Positions 49,114-56,965 of a stretch of DNA of 64,000 nucleotides are shown here, piece by piece. The notes beneath the pieces were generated by a model, which had not been told where the DNA came from, ran no database searches, and saw nothing but the letters and a program-made list of their open reading frames with translations. This DNA comes from a virus: the IMG/VR virus record IMGVR_UViG_3300044991_001618, positions 48,964-112,963 of that record; one strand, given 5' to 3'. The translations under genes and the position numbers were made by a program. Every line of letters starts with the position of its first letter. Positions within the stretch are counted from its first letter, which is position 1.

Positions 49114-49778
49114 TGGATAATAACACAATAAACAAGATACTAAACTTTTTGGTAACTAATGAAGGTAAGAAATTACCAGGAACATGGATTAAATTTAAAT
49201 TGGGAAATAATATACCATTAACAAAAGAAGAATTAAATGTTAAGGGTAATTTGAATTTGAGTGATTCACAAATAACCCAATTACCAGAAGGATTGAAAGT
49301 TGGGGGTGATTTGTATTTAAATAGAACAAATATTAAATCATTACCAGAAGGATTAAAGGTTGGTGGTAATTTATCATTGCTAAAATGTAAAAATTTAACT
49401 TTATTACCAAAAGGATTAGACGTTGGGGGTTGGTTGGATTTAAGAGGAACAAATATAATCTCATTACCAAAAGATTTGCAAGTTGGGGGTGGTTTGGATT
49501 TGGAAGGCACAAATATAAAACAACTCCCAAAAGATTTATATGTTAGTGGTAAATTGGATTTATCATTCACAAAAATAACATCACTACCAGAAGGATTATA
49601 TGTTGGCAAGAATTTATTTTTAAATAATTGTTATGATTTAAAATCATTACCAAAAGGATTGAAAGTTGGTGGTGGAGTAAATATAACTGATGCAAGTTTA
49701 ACTAAATACACTGAAGAGGAATTAAGGAAAATGATTGAACCAGGATTTATAAAAGGAGATATAATAAGATATGGATAA
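49113..49778 (+). CDS. LRR array gene 5 (about 7 repeats)
   Basis: Same repeat; N-cap type shared with gene 1. Confidence 0.88.
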   Translation: MDNNTINKILNFLVTNEGKKLPGTWIKFKLGNNIPLTKEELNVKGNLNLSDSQITQLPEGLKVGGDLYLNRTNIKSLPEGLKVGGNLSLLKCKNLTLLPKGLDVGGWLDLRGTNIISLPKDLQVGGGLDLEGTNIKQLPKDLYVSGKLDLSFTKITSLPEGLYVGKNLFLNNCYDLKSLPKGLKVGGGVNITDASLTKYTEEELRKMIEPGFIKGDIIRYG

Positions 49779-50190
49779 TAACACAATAAAAAAAATATTA
49801 GATTTTCTTGAAGAAAAAGAAAACAAAAAACATTCAGAAAGAGATAATCTTGTTTGGAAATTAAGATTTGGATACCCCTTAACAAAAGAAGAGTTAAATC
49901 AAAAAGGTAATTTGCATTTATCATTTACAAAAATTACATCCTTACCAAAAGGATTGAAAGTTGGTGGGTTTTTATATTTATTTATGTGTAAACATTTAAC
50001 ATCTTTACCAGAAGGATTGAAAGTTGGAGGTATTTTGAGTTTGAATCATTCAAGTATAACCTCATTGCCAAAAGGGTTAGAAGTTGGGGGTGACTTACAG
50101 ATTGAAGGTACATCCTTAACAAAATATTCAAATGAGGAATTAAGGAAAATGATTGAGCCAGGATTTATAAAAGGAGATATAATAAGATAA
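49771..50190 (+). CDS. LRR array gene 6 (about 3 repeats)
   Basis: Same repeat; N-cap of gene 3, C-cap like gene 5. Confidence 0.88.
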   Translation: MDNNTIKKILDFLEEKENKKHSERDNLVWKLRFGYPLTKEELNQKGNLHLSFTKITSLPKGLKVGGFLYLFMCKHLTSLPEGLKVGGILSLNHSSITSLPKGLEVGGDLQIEGTSLTKYSNEELRKMIEPGFIKGDIIR

Positions 50191-50192
50191 CA

Positions 50193-50735
50193 ATGGATAA
50201 TAACACACTAAAAAACATATTTAAATTCCTTAAAAATAAAGAAGGGAAAAAACATAGACAACAAGACACATTATTATGGAAGTTAATATTTAATGAGCCA
50301 TTAACAAAGGAGGAATTAACTATTGATGGTGATTTGACCGTATCAAATACAATAATAACTTCATTACCAGAAGGATTAAAAGTTTCTGGTGGTTTGGATA
50401 TATCTTACACAAAAATAACCTCATTACCAAAAGATTTAAATGTTAAGGGTGATTTATATTTAAGAGATTCAAAAATAACCTCATTGCCAGAAGGTTTGAA
50501 AGTTGGTGGTAATTTAAATTTAGGTTGGACAAAAATGGCATCATTACCAGAAGGATTAAAAGTTGTGGGTGATTTGGATTTATATTGGACAGACATAACC
50601 TCATTACCAAAAGGTTTGAAAGTTGGTGGTGATTTGGATATAAGAGAAACAGAATTAATAAGATATTCAGATGATGAATTAAGAGAAATGATTAAACCAG
50701 GTTTTATAGAAGGAGATATAATAAGATATGGATAA
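50193..50735 (+). CDS. LRR array gene 7 (about 5 repeats)
   Basis: Same repeat and caps. Confidence 0.88.
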   Translation: MDNNTLKNIFKFLKNKEGKKHRQQDTLLWKLIFNEPLTKEELTIDGDLTVSNTIITSLPEGLKVSGGLDISYTKITSLPKDLNVKGDLYLRDSKITSLPEGLKVGGNLNLGWTKMASLPEGLKVVGDLDLYWTDITSLPKGLKVGGDLDIRETELIRYSDDELREMIKPGFIEGDIIRYG

Positions 50736-51180
50736 TAGCACATTGAAAAACATATTTAAATTCCTTGAAGATAAGGAGGGATATAATGCCCCATTCATAT
50801 GGAAATGGAAAAATAATGAACCCTTAACAGAAGAAGATTTGAATGTTAAAGGTGATTTGGATTTATCAGAAAATGAAGAAATAGAATCATTACCAGAAGG
50901 ATTAAAAATTGAAGGTAATTTACTTTTATATGATTCCTCTGTTGAATTACCAAAAGGATTAGAGGTTGGTGGTAATTTACATATGACTCATAGTATATAT
51001 GATTTACCAAAAGGATTGAAAGTTGGCGGTGATTTATATCTATCAGGTATTGGACACCGTTTTGAAGATATTGAGGACAGAGTAAAGAAAATTATTTACC
51101 CTGGGTTTATAAAAGGTATGATACTTGCTGATGACTATGATCCATATGATGACTATAACGCATTTGATAATGATGATTGA
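50728..51180 (+). CDS. LRR array gene 8 (about 3 repeats, acidic tail)
   Basis: Shortened repeats; C-terminal DDYDPYDDYNAFDNDD. Confidence 0.85.
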   Translation: MDNSTLKNIFKFLEDKEGYNAPFIWKWKNNEPLTEEDLNVKGDLDLSENEEIESLPEGLKIEGNLLLYDSSVELPKGLEVGGNLHMTHSIYDLPKGLKVGGDLYLSGIGHRFEDIEDRVKKIIYPGFIKGMILADDYDPYDDYNAFDNDD

Positions 51181-51197
51181 TTTAAATTAAAAATATA

Positions 51198-51863
51198 ATG
51201 GAAAAAGAACAACTAAAAAACATACTTAATTTCCTTGAAGAAAAAGAGAATAAAAATAAACCATTTGTTTGGAAATTAATGAATAATGAAACATTTACAG
51301 ATGATGAATTAAACATTAAAGGTGATTTGGATTTATTTGAAGAAAATATAACTTACATACCAGAAGGATTAAAAGTAGAGGGTGATTTGAATTTAAAAAG
51401 TTGTAAAAGATTAAAATCTTTACCAGATAATTTATATGTTGGCGGTGAGTTGAATTTGGAAGGTACAAGTATAAAACAAATCCCAAAAGGTTTATATGTT
51501 GGTGGTGATTTTAATTTAGTCGCTTTAAAAATAAAATCATTACCAAAAGACTTAAATGTTGATGGTGGTTTGGATTTGGCTTATTGTACAGACTTGACTT
51601 CACTACCTAACAATTTGAAAGTTGGTGGCTATTTAAGTCTATACAATACAAAAATAACCTCATTACCAGAAGGACTACAAGTTGGTTGGGATTTGTATTT
51701 AGATTACACAATGATAAACACATTACCAAAAGGCTTACAAGTTGATCGTGATTTATCTATTACAAATAGCCCATTAGCAAAACTTTCAGATGAAACCATA
51801 TTAAGTATGATAGAACCAGATGGTTATATAAATAGGGATATAATAAGAGAAGATAATGGATAA
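51198..51863 (+). CDS. LRR array gene 9 (about 7 repeats)
   Basis: Same repeat, more diverged. Confidence 0.88.
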   Translation: MEKEQLKNILNFLEEKENKNKPFVWKLMNNETFTDDELNIKGDLDLFEENITYIPEGLKVEGDLNLKSCKRLKSLPDNLYVGGELNLEGTSIKQIPKGLYVGGDFNLVALKIKSLPKDLNVDGGLDLAYCTDLTSLPNNLKVGGYLSLYNTKITSLPEGLQVGWDLYLDYTMINTLPKGLQVDRDLSITNSPLAKLSDETILSMIEPDGYINRDIIREDNG

Positions 51864-52326
51864 AACAACAATTAAAAGAATAATGGATTTCCTAAAATCA
51901 GAGGAAGATAAATCATCATTAAAATGGATATTATTGCATAACATTGAGTCAATGCCTGAAAAGTATTATCACAAGGGAGCATTAGAGTTGTATGGTGAAT
52001 TGATAACTAAATTGCCAAAAATTTTAGAAGTCACTGAACAATTAGATTTAAGTTATTCAACAATAACAGAATTACCAGAAAAACTTATAGTTGGTGATGA
52101 TTTATATTTATATGATTGCAAGGATTTAAAATATTTACCAGATAACTTATATGTTGGGGGAGAATTACATCTTCAGAAGTCTGGAATAAAAGAATTTCCC
52201 CAAGGAATGATTGTAAACGGTACTATTTGGTTAAGGAATTCACCATTAGGTCGTTATAATGTAAAAGAAATACAAGCAAAATTAGAGGAAAGAAATTGCA
52301 AAGTACATGGAAGTATAATGGTTTAA
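51856..52326 (+). CDS. LRR array gene 10 (about 4 repeats, most diverged)
   Basis: ITELPEKLIVGDDLYL, YLPDNLYVGGELHL. Confidence 0.82.
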   Translation: MDKTTIKRIMDFLKSEEDKSSLKWILLHNIESMPEKYYHKGALELYGELITKLPKILEVTEQLDLSYSTITELPEKLIVGDDLYLYDCKDLKYLPDNLYVGGELHLQKSGIKEFPQGMIVNGTIWLRNSPLGRYNVKEIQAKLEERNCKVHGSIMV

Positions 52327-52332
52327 TGAGTG

Positions 52333-52563
52333 CTAATGGCACTCATTTTCAAAAAACTCATTATCAAATACAAAACTATCATCATTCTCACCAATGAACT
52401 TGGTAAAATCTTCTAGCAATTCTATTTTGGAATTTAGTACTTCCATTTTCTGTGCAAGAATTGCACCGTTTTTTTCAAATTCACCCATATCATCCAGAAT
52501 TTCTTTGTGCTTCTCAATGATAAAATTCTGTAAATCTGAGGTTTTAATTACGTGTAATTTCAT
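52333..52563 (-). CDS. Hypothetical small protein
   Basis: Start placed at MKLHVIK; TACCTTTG (TAnnTTTG) at 52603-52610 upstream. Confidence 0.65.
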   Translation of the reverse strand: MKLHVIKTSDLQNFIIEKHKEILDDMGEFEKNGAILAQKMEVLNSKIELLEDFTKFIGENDDSFVFDNEFFENECH

Positions 52564-52635
52564 TTTATTTGTTTTTTTTTGTTTCAAGTAATAAATATTC
52601 TGCAAAGGTAAAATAATTCAACCAAAAAACAAATA

Positions 52636-54402
52636 TTATTTTGTTTTTATTTTCATATTTAATATCTGGGTTAAAATATCTTCTGTAGTATCAGTTTCAA
52701 ATAAGTTATCCCCAAGAACAGTTGATATTATTTTTTTCTTTCTATCCAACATATCATATATAATTCCCTCAATGGTGTTTTCAAATATGGGATATAATAC
52801 AGAAACTGAATTCTTTTGTCCAATTCTATATGCCCTATCTTCTGCTTGACTATGATCTGCTGGAACAAAGGATAAATCATTAAAGATAACAACATTTGCA
52901 CTTGTCAATGTAATACCAACGCCAGCTGCTTTTATATTGCCAACAAAAACCTTTATCTTATCATTTGTTTGAAATTCATCAACACTCTCTTGTCTTTGTT
53001 TTGCTGTTGAACTACCATCTAATTTAACAGCAATTTTATTAAAATGTTCATATATTTTATTTAATGAGTTTGTGAAATTTGAGAAAACAATAATCTTTTT
53101 CTCTTGCTCCAATGTATTCTCAATAAATTCTATAGTACTCTTAATTTTTTCATCTGCAATTATTTGTCTAACTTTCATTAGTTTTGAAAATTGAACACTC
53201 AAAGATTTTGATTCTTTTGGGTTATTTTTAACCCATTCAAAATACTCCCCCATAACATCCTCATATTCTTTTGATTTTAATCTTAAATAAATTGGTGTTA
53301 TTATTTTTTCTGGTAAATCTAATACATTCTCTTTTAGTCGCCTTAATAATAATGGTGACGTTCTTTCCCTTAACTCATCCAAATTTGACGCACCGCTCAC
53401 ATTCCATACCTTATTCATTCCAACACTAAACTGATATCCAGCACAGTATCTTTTAACATAGGCCATCCAGTTTTTTGATACGGGGCTATCAACCAATGAT
53501 AATAAATTAAAATAATCAATCGGTCTTGATGTTAATGGCGTTCCAGTCAATAACCATATTTTATTAATATCTTTGCAAATATCATTTATCAATTTTGTTC
53601 TCGATGCTTGGGGGGATTTAATATAATGACATTCATCAATTATAACCAAATCAAATTTTGATTTCTGAATTAAAGATTCTTCTTTAGTTTTTAATGAATG
53701 AAAGTTTTTAATAATATCATAATTAATGATTACAAAGTCAGCAGAATCTTCATATTTTTTTCCCTCACAAATATAAATTTCTTTGTTTGAATAATTTTCA
53801 ATTTCTCTTTTCCAATTTTGTTTTAAACTTGCTGGACAAATAATTAAAGTTTTACTTGGTTTAGCTTCAATTGAGGCAATAATTGCTGAACTAGTTTTAC
53901 CCAAACCCATATCATCTGCTAATATGAATTTATCATTCTCAAGCAATTTTATAATTGCTTCTTTTTGATGTTCAAAGGGTATTCTATGGGAATACTTTTC
54001 ATAATCAATAACAACATTTTTATTTGTCTTATCCACAATAATTCCATCTTTTGGAATCCAATAAAGGGTTAATCTATCATTATCAAAAAATCTACCAAGA
54101 ATGTGGTATGATTTTTCCTTCTCAACCAATAACTTTTCAATCCATATTTTTTGGGGAACACTTGTTAATAATTTATCATCAGCAATCATTTTTGCAAAAT
54201 AGATATCAAGGTCAACCCACTTTCTGGCAATCTTTGGTCTTGTCTGGTTAAATAATGAAATGTATTCAACTTGGCTTGGAGTCAAATAAAAATTTGGGTT
54301 TTCCAAAGCCATATTCCTTAAACCATTTAAATAATCATTTTGACCATTATATGATTTTAATAACAACAACGCCTCGTCCTCACTTATCTTTTTTTTGTTC
54401 AT
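52636..54402 (-). CDS. SNF2-family (SMARCAL1/HARP-like) helicase/ATPase
   Basis: LADDMGLGKT, CPASL..NW, DECH, LTGTP, RRLK, GVGITLT, QAEDRAYRIGQ. Confidence 0.92.
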   Translation of the reverse strand: MNKKKISEDEALLLLKSYNGQNDYLNGLRNMALENPNFYLTPSQVEYISLFNQTRPKIARKWVDLDIYFAKMIADDKLLTSVPQKIWIEKLLVEKEKSYHILGRFFDNDRLTLYWIPKDGIIVDKTNKNVVIDYEKYSHRIPFEHQKEAIIKLLENDKFILADDMGLGKTSSAIIASIEAKPSKTLIICPASLKQNWKREIENYSNKEIYICEGKKYEDSADFVIINYDIIKNFHSLKTKEESLIQKSKFDLVIIDECHYIKSPQASRTKLINDICKDINKIWLLTGTPLTSRPIDYFNLLSLVDSPVSKNWMAYVKRYCAGYQFSVGMNKVWNVSGASNLDELRERTSPLLLRRLKENVLDLPEKIITPIYLRLKSKEYEDVMGEYFEWVKNNPKESKSLSVQFSKLMKVRQIIADEKIKSTIEFIENTLEQEKKIIVFSNFTNSLNKIYEHFNKIAVKLDGSSTAKQRQESVDEFQTNDKIKVFVGNIKAAGVGITLTSANVVIFNDLSFVPADHSQAEDRAYRIGQKNSVSVLYPIFENTIEGIIYDMLDRKKKIISTVLGDNLFETDTTEDILTQILNMKIKTK

Positions 54403-54486
54403 AATTTATATCAATATTATTTAATAATAATAAATAAGTGTTAAATTATCAACTAAATGATATTTATTTTAGATAAAAGAATATAT

Positions 54487-54999
54487 ATGGCAAAAATAGT
54501 TCCTATAACCAGAATTGGTAAATTTTTTGGCGCAGATGATTATAATTTGGATATTGATTTGGGTATGGAATATATGGGTGGTGATTTAAATATGACCATT
54601 GTTTTATATAGAATTGATAGAAAAAAAACAAAAAAAGATGATGTTTATGGTGAATCGCCAACCGATGGAATTGTTTTTATGCCGCCAATTGAAATAACAG
54701 GATTGGTTCAAATAGTTGAGTCAACAATGAAACAATTGGGTAATTCCAAAATTGAACAAAAAGAACCTGGTAATCTTAAATTATCATTATACCAAAAGCA
54801 ATTGGATGATTTAAATGTTGAAATATTAAAAGGTGATTATTTGGCTTATTATGTGACAGAAGATAAAGTTAGATACTATTCTGTTAATGATGATGGAATT
54901 GTTAATATGGATAATAAACATACATATGCTGGTTATAAACCATTCTATAGAACTATTATAGCCACATTTGTTAATAAAGATGAATTTAGAGGAAAATAA
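54487..54999 (+). CDS. Putative neck/head-closure protein (T4 gp14-like)
   Basis: LYRID...T..DDVYGE pattern; lies upstream of tail genes; start placed at MAKIVP. Confidence 0.55.
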   Translation: MAKIVPITRIGKFFGADDYNLDIDLGMEYMGGDLNMTIVLYRIDRKKTKKDDVYGESPTDGIVFMPPIEITGLVQIVESTMKQLGNSKIEQKEPGNLKLSLYQKQLDDLNVEILKGDYLAYYVTEDKVRYYSVNDDGIVNMDNKHTYAGYKPFYRTIIATFVNKDEFRGK

Positions 55000-55160
55000 T
55001 GAAAATTATAGTTACAGAAGTACAATTAAATAAAATCACAGAAATTGTTACAAATAAAAAAGTAATTTGCAACAATTGTGAATGGTCTTGGAAATTGGCA
55101 GATGGCGGCAATGATCCATATATATGTCATAAATGTGGCCACGATAACGAAGAAAAATAA
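54999..55160 (+). CDS. 53-aa zinc-ribbon protein (not in the ORF track)
   Basis: MKIIVTEVQLNKITEIVTNKKVICNNCEWSWKLADGGNDPYICHKCGHDNEEK; two CxxC; TAATG overlap with the upstream gene. Confidence 0.75.
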   Translation: MKIIVTEVQLNKITEIVTNKKVICNNCEWSWKLADGGNDPYICHKCGHDNEEK

Positions 55161-55161
55161 T

Positions 55162-55980
55162 ATGACATTACCCAAAAAAATAAAAACAAATCTGGATATT
55201 GTATATGATAAAACTCTATTAGATAGAAGAGAAGAGTTGTTGGATAATATCATTGACAATGGGACATATTTACCAAAATCTTTATTACATGAGGATCTTG
55301 ATAAAGGTATGCTTGAATTTGTTAAAAATGATTTGCAAATTTTAAGTGGGGGTAAAATAATTCCACTTGTTGAAAAAATAATTAGCACTCAAAATTGGTC
55401 TCAATATACTGAAACTTGGACTTTCATTGATGAAGATAATAATCCAGTTCCACCATTTATCACATTGGTAAGAATGAATGATTCCAAATATGGAACAAAC
55501 CCAGCAACACAATATACAATACCAAATAGAAAACCATTTTATTTTGCAAGCGTACCAACATGGGATGGACAAAGAAATGGATTTGATATTTATTCAATTC
55601 CACAACCTGTACCAATTGATATAAATTTTAGTGTTAAAATAATTACAAATAGAATTAGAGATTTGAATAAATTCAATACAAAAGTGTTGCAAAAATTCTC
55701 ATCTAAACAAGCATATGCAACAATCAATGGACATTATATACCAATCATTTCAACCAATATATCAGATGAATCACAAATTAATACTGATAGCAGAAAATTC
55801 TATATTCAATCTTATGATTTCACAATGTTGGGTTTTTTAATTGATGAAGAAGAATTTGAGGTGAAACCAGCAATAAATAGAATTAGCCAAGTATTTGAAA
55901 CTGAAATTCAAAACCAAGTATCAAATATACCAATAAGTTCAAACTTACCAATAAATGATTTAACTTATGAGATAATTTAA
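55162..55980 (+). CDS. Putative tail terminator/sheath-stabiliser protein (T4 gp15-like)
   Basis: PPFITLVR, PQPVPIDINFSVKI, position before the sheath; true start probably MTLPKK. Confidence 0.55.
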   Translation: MTLPKKIKTNLDIVYDKTLLDRREELLDNIIDNGTYLPKSLLHEDLDKGMLEFVKNDLQILSGGKIIPLVEKIISTQNWSQYTETWTFIDEDNNPVPPFITLVRMNDSKYGTNPATQYTIPNRKPFYFASVPTWDGQRNGFDIYSIPQPVPIDINFSVKIITNRIRDLNKFNTKVLQKFSSKQAYATINGHYIPIISTNISDESQINTDSRKFYIQSYDFTMLGFLIDEEEFEVKPAINRISQVFETEIQNQVSNIPISSNLPINDLTYEII

Positions 55981-55981
55981 T

Positions 55982-56302
55982 ATGGCATCAGCATTAAGGA
56001 TAACAAGCCTAAATTTGAGTGGAGAAATTGTTTTTGTAACATTACTACAAAACAATATCACTTATATTATTGGCGAAAAAGTTATCCCTTTTGATGTTTA
56101 CCCAAGACCTGAAACAAGTAAATTAAGTGGACTATATACTCTATATGTTCCAAACTACCTTACAAGTTATGATTTAATTATTCCAGAAGTAGTTGATCCA
56201 ACACCAACACCAACTGTGACCCCTACTAACACTATTACACCAACTATTACACCAACTCAAACAATAACACCTACTAACACTATTACACCAACTCAAACAT
56301 AA
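55982..56302 (+). CDS. Small protein with C-terminal Thr-Pro (mucin-like) tract, apparently truncated
   Basis: PTPTPTVTPTNTITPTITPTQTITPTNTITPTQT*; the repeat continues in frame after the TAA. Confidence 0.7.
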   Translation: MASALRITSLNLSGEIVFVTLLQNNITYIIGEKVIPFDVYPRPETSKLSGLYTLYVPNYLTSYDLIIPEVVDPTPTPTVTPTNTITPTITPTQTITPTNTITPTQT

Positions 56303-56348
56303 ACACCAACTCAAACAATATATTACAGGTACACTAAAATAAGTTAAT

Positions 56349-56915
56349 ATGAGTGAAATTAAAATTGGGCTTCAAATATGGGCTAAAGAAAATGTAACAA
56401 TAACAAAATTTAGGAATGGTGATGATATTCCATTTGTACCAAATAGGAATGAATGGAGTGAATTGACATCACCAGCCTATTGCATAAATGAAAACAATAA
56501 TTATTTATATAATTATTGGGCAATAATTGATTCAAGAAATACTGCACCCTTGGGTTGGAGGATTCCAACCGAGAATGATTGGGACATTTTAATAAATCAT
56601 CTTGGTGGTAAGGATAATGCTGGATATAAATTAAAGAGTATTGATGGCTGGTTAAATGAAGTTCATAATTTTGAAACAGGTCAAATAATTACACAAAATT
56701 TTGGTGGGACAAATGAGGTTGGTTTCAATGCAACGCCAATAGGGTTTAGGCATATGGATGGAAATTATGCAACAGATTTATTATGTGCATTTTTTATACC
56801 AGAGTCAATTGATGAAAATTTATGCAAATACTTATTTTTATTTTCAGGAAATGAGTTTGGTAAAGGTGGTATGTGGAAAAAAGATGGGTTTCCAATTAGA
56901 TTAATAAAGGAATAA
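56349..56915 (+). CDS. FISUMP (Fibrobacter succinogenes major paralogous) domain protein
   Basis: IG.Q.W..EN....FRNGD.IP, LYN, P.GWRIPT..DW..L, GF.A.P.G.R, GF.IRLIK. Confidence 0.85.
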   Translation: MSEIKIGLQIWAKENVTITKFRNGDDIPFVPNRNEWSELTSPAYCINENNNYLYNYWAIIDSRNTAPLGWRIPTENDWDILINHLGGKDNAGYKLKSIDGWLNEVHNFETGQIITQNFGGTNEVGFNATPIGFRHMDGNYATDLLCAFFIPESIDENLCKYLFLFSGNEFGKGGMWKKDGFPIRLIKE

Positions 56916-56965
56916 TAGTTTTTGATTATTTTTTAGATATTTATATGAATAAATAAAAAATAACA

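Larger units (their letters stand above)
46795..52326 (+). repeat. Coding 63/66-bp repeat array (about 50 units across ten genes)
   Basis: Recurring core tcattacca(g/a)aaggatt(g/a)aaagttgg alternating with variable segments. Confidence 0.9.

Noticed and set aside
46877-50743. Multiple minus-strand ORFs over the LRR array
   Set aside because: Shadow ORFs produced by the repetitive sense-strand codons.
46795-52326. CRISPR-like appearance (conserved core of about 26 bp alternating with variable segments)
   Set aside because: The period is 63/66 bp and in frame, the cores vary at synonymous positions, the 'spacers' are homologous to one another, and no cas genes are present. It is a coding LRR repeat.
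46795-52326. Diversity-generating retroelement as the source of LRR variation
   Set aside because: No reverse transcriptase in the window and no template/variable pair differing only at adenines was seen. A distant RT elsewhere in the genome cannot be excluded.
55078-55161. N-terminal extension of the 55078-55980 ORF
   Set aside because: Overlaps the zinc-ribbon gene; the ATG at 55162 follows its stop directly.
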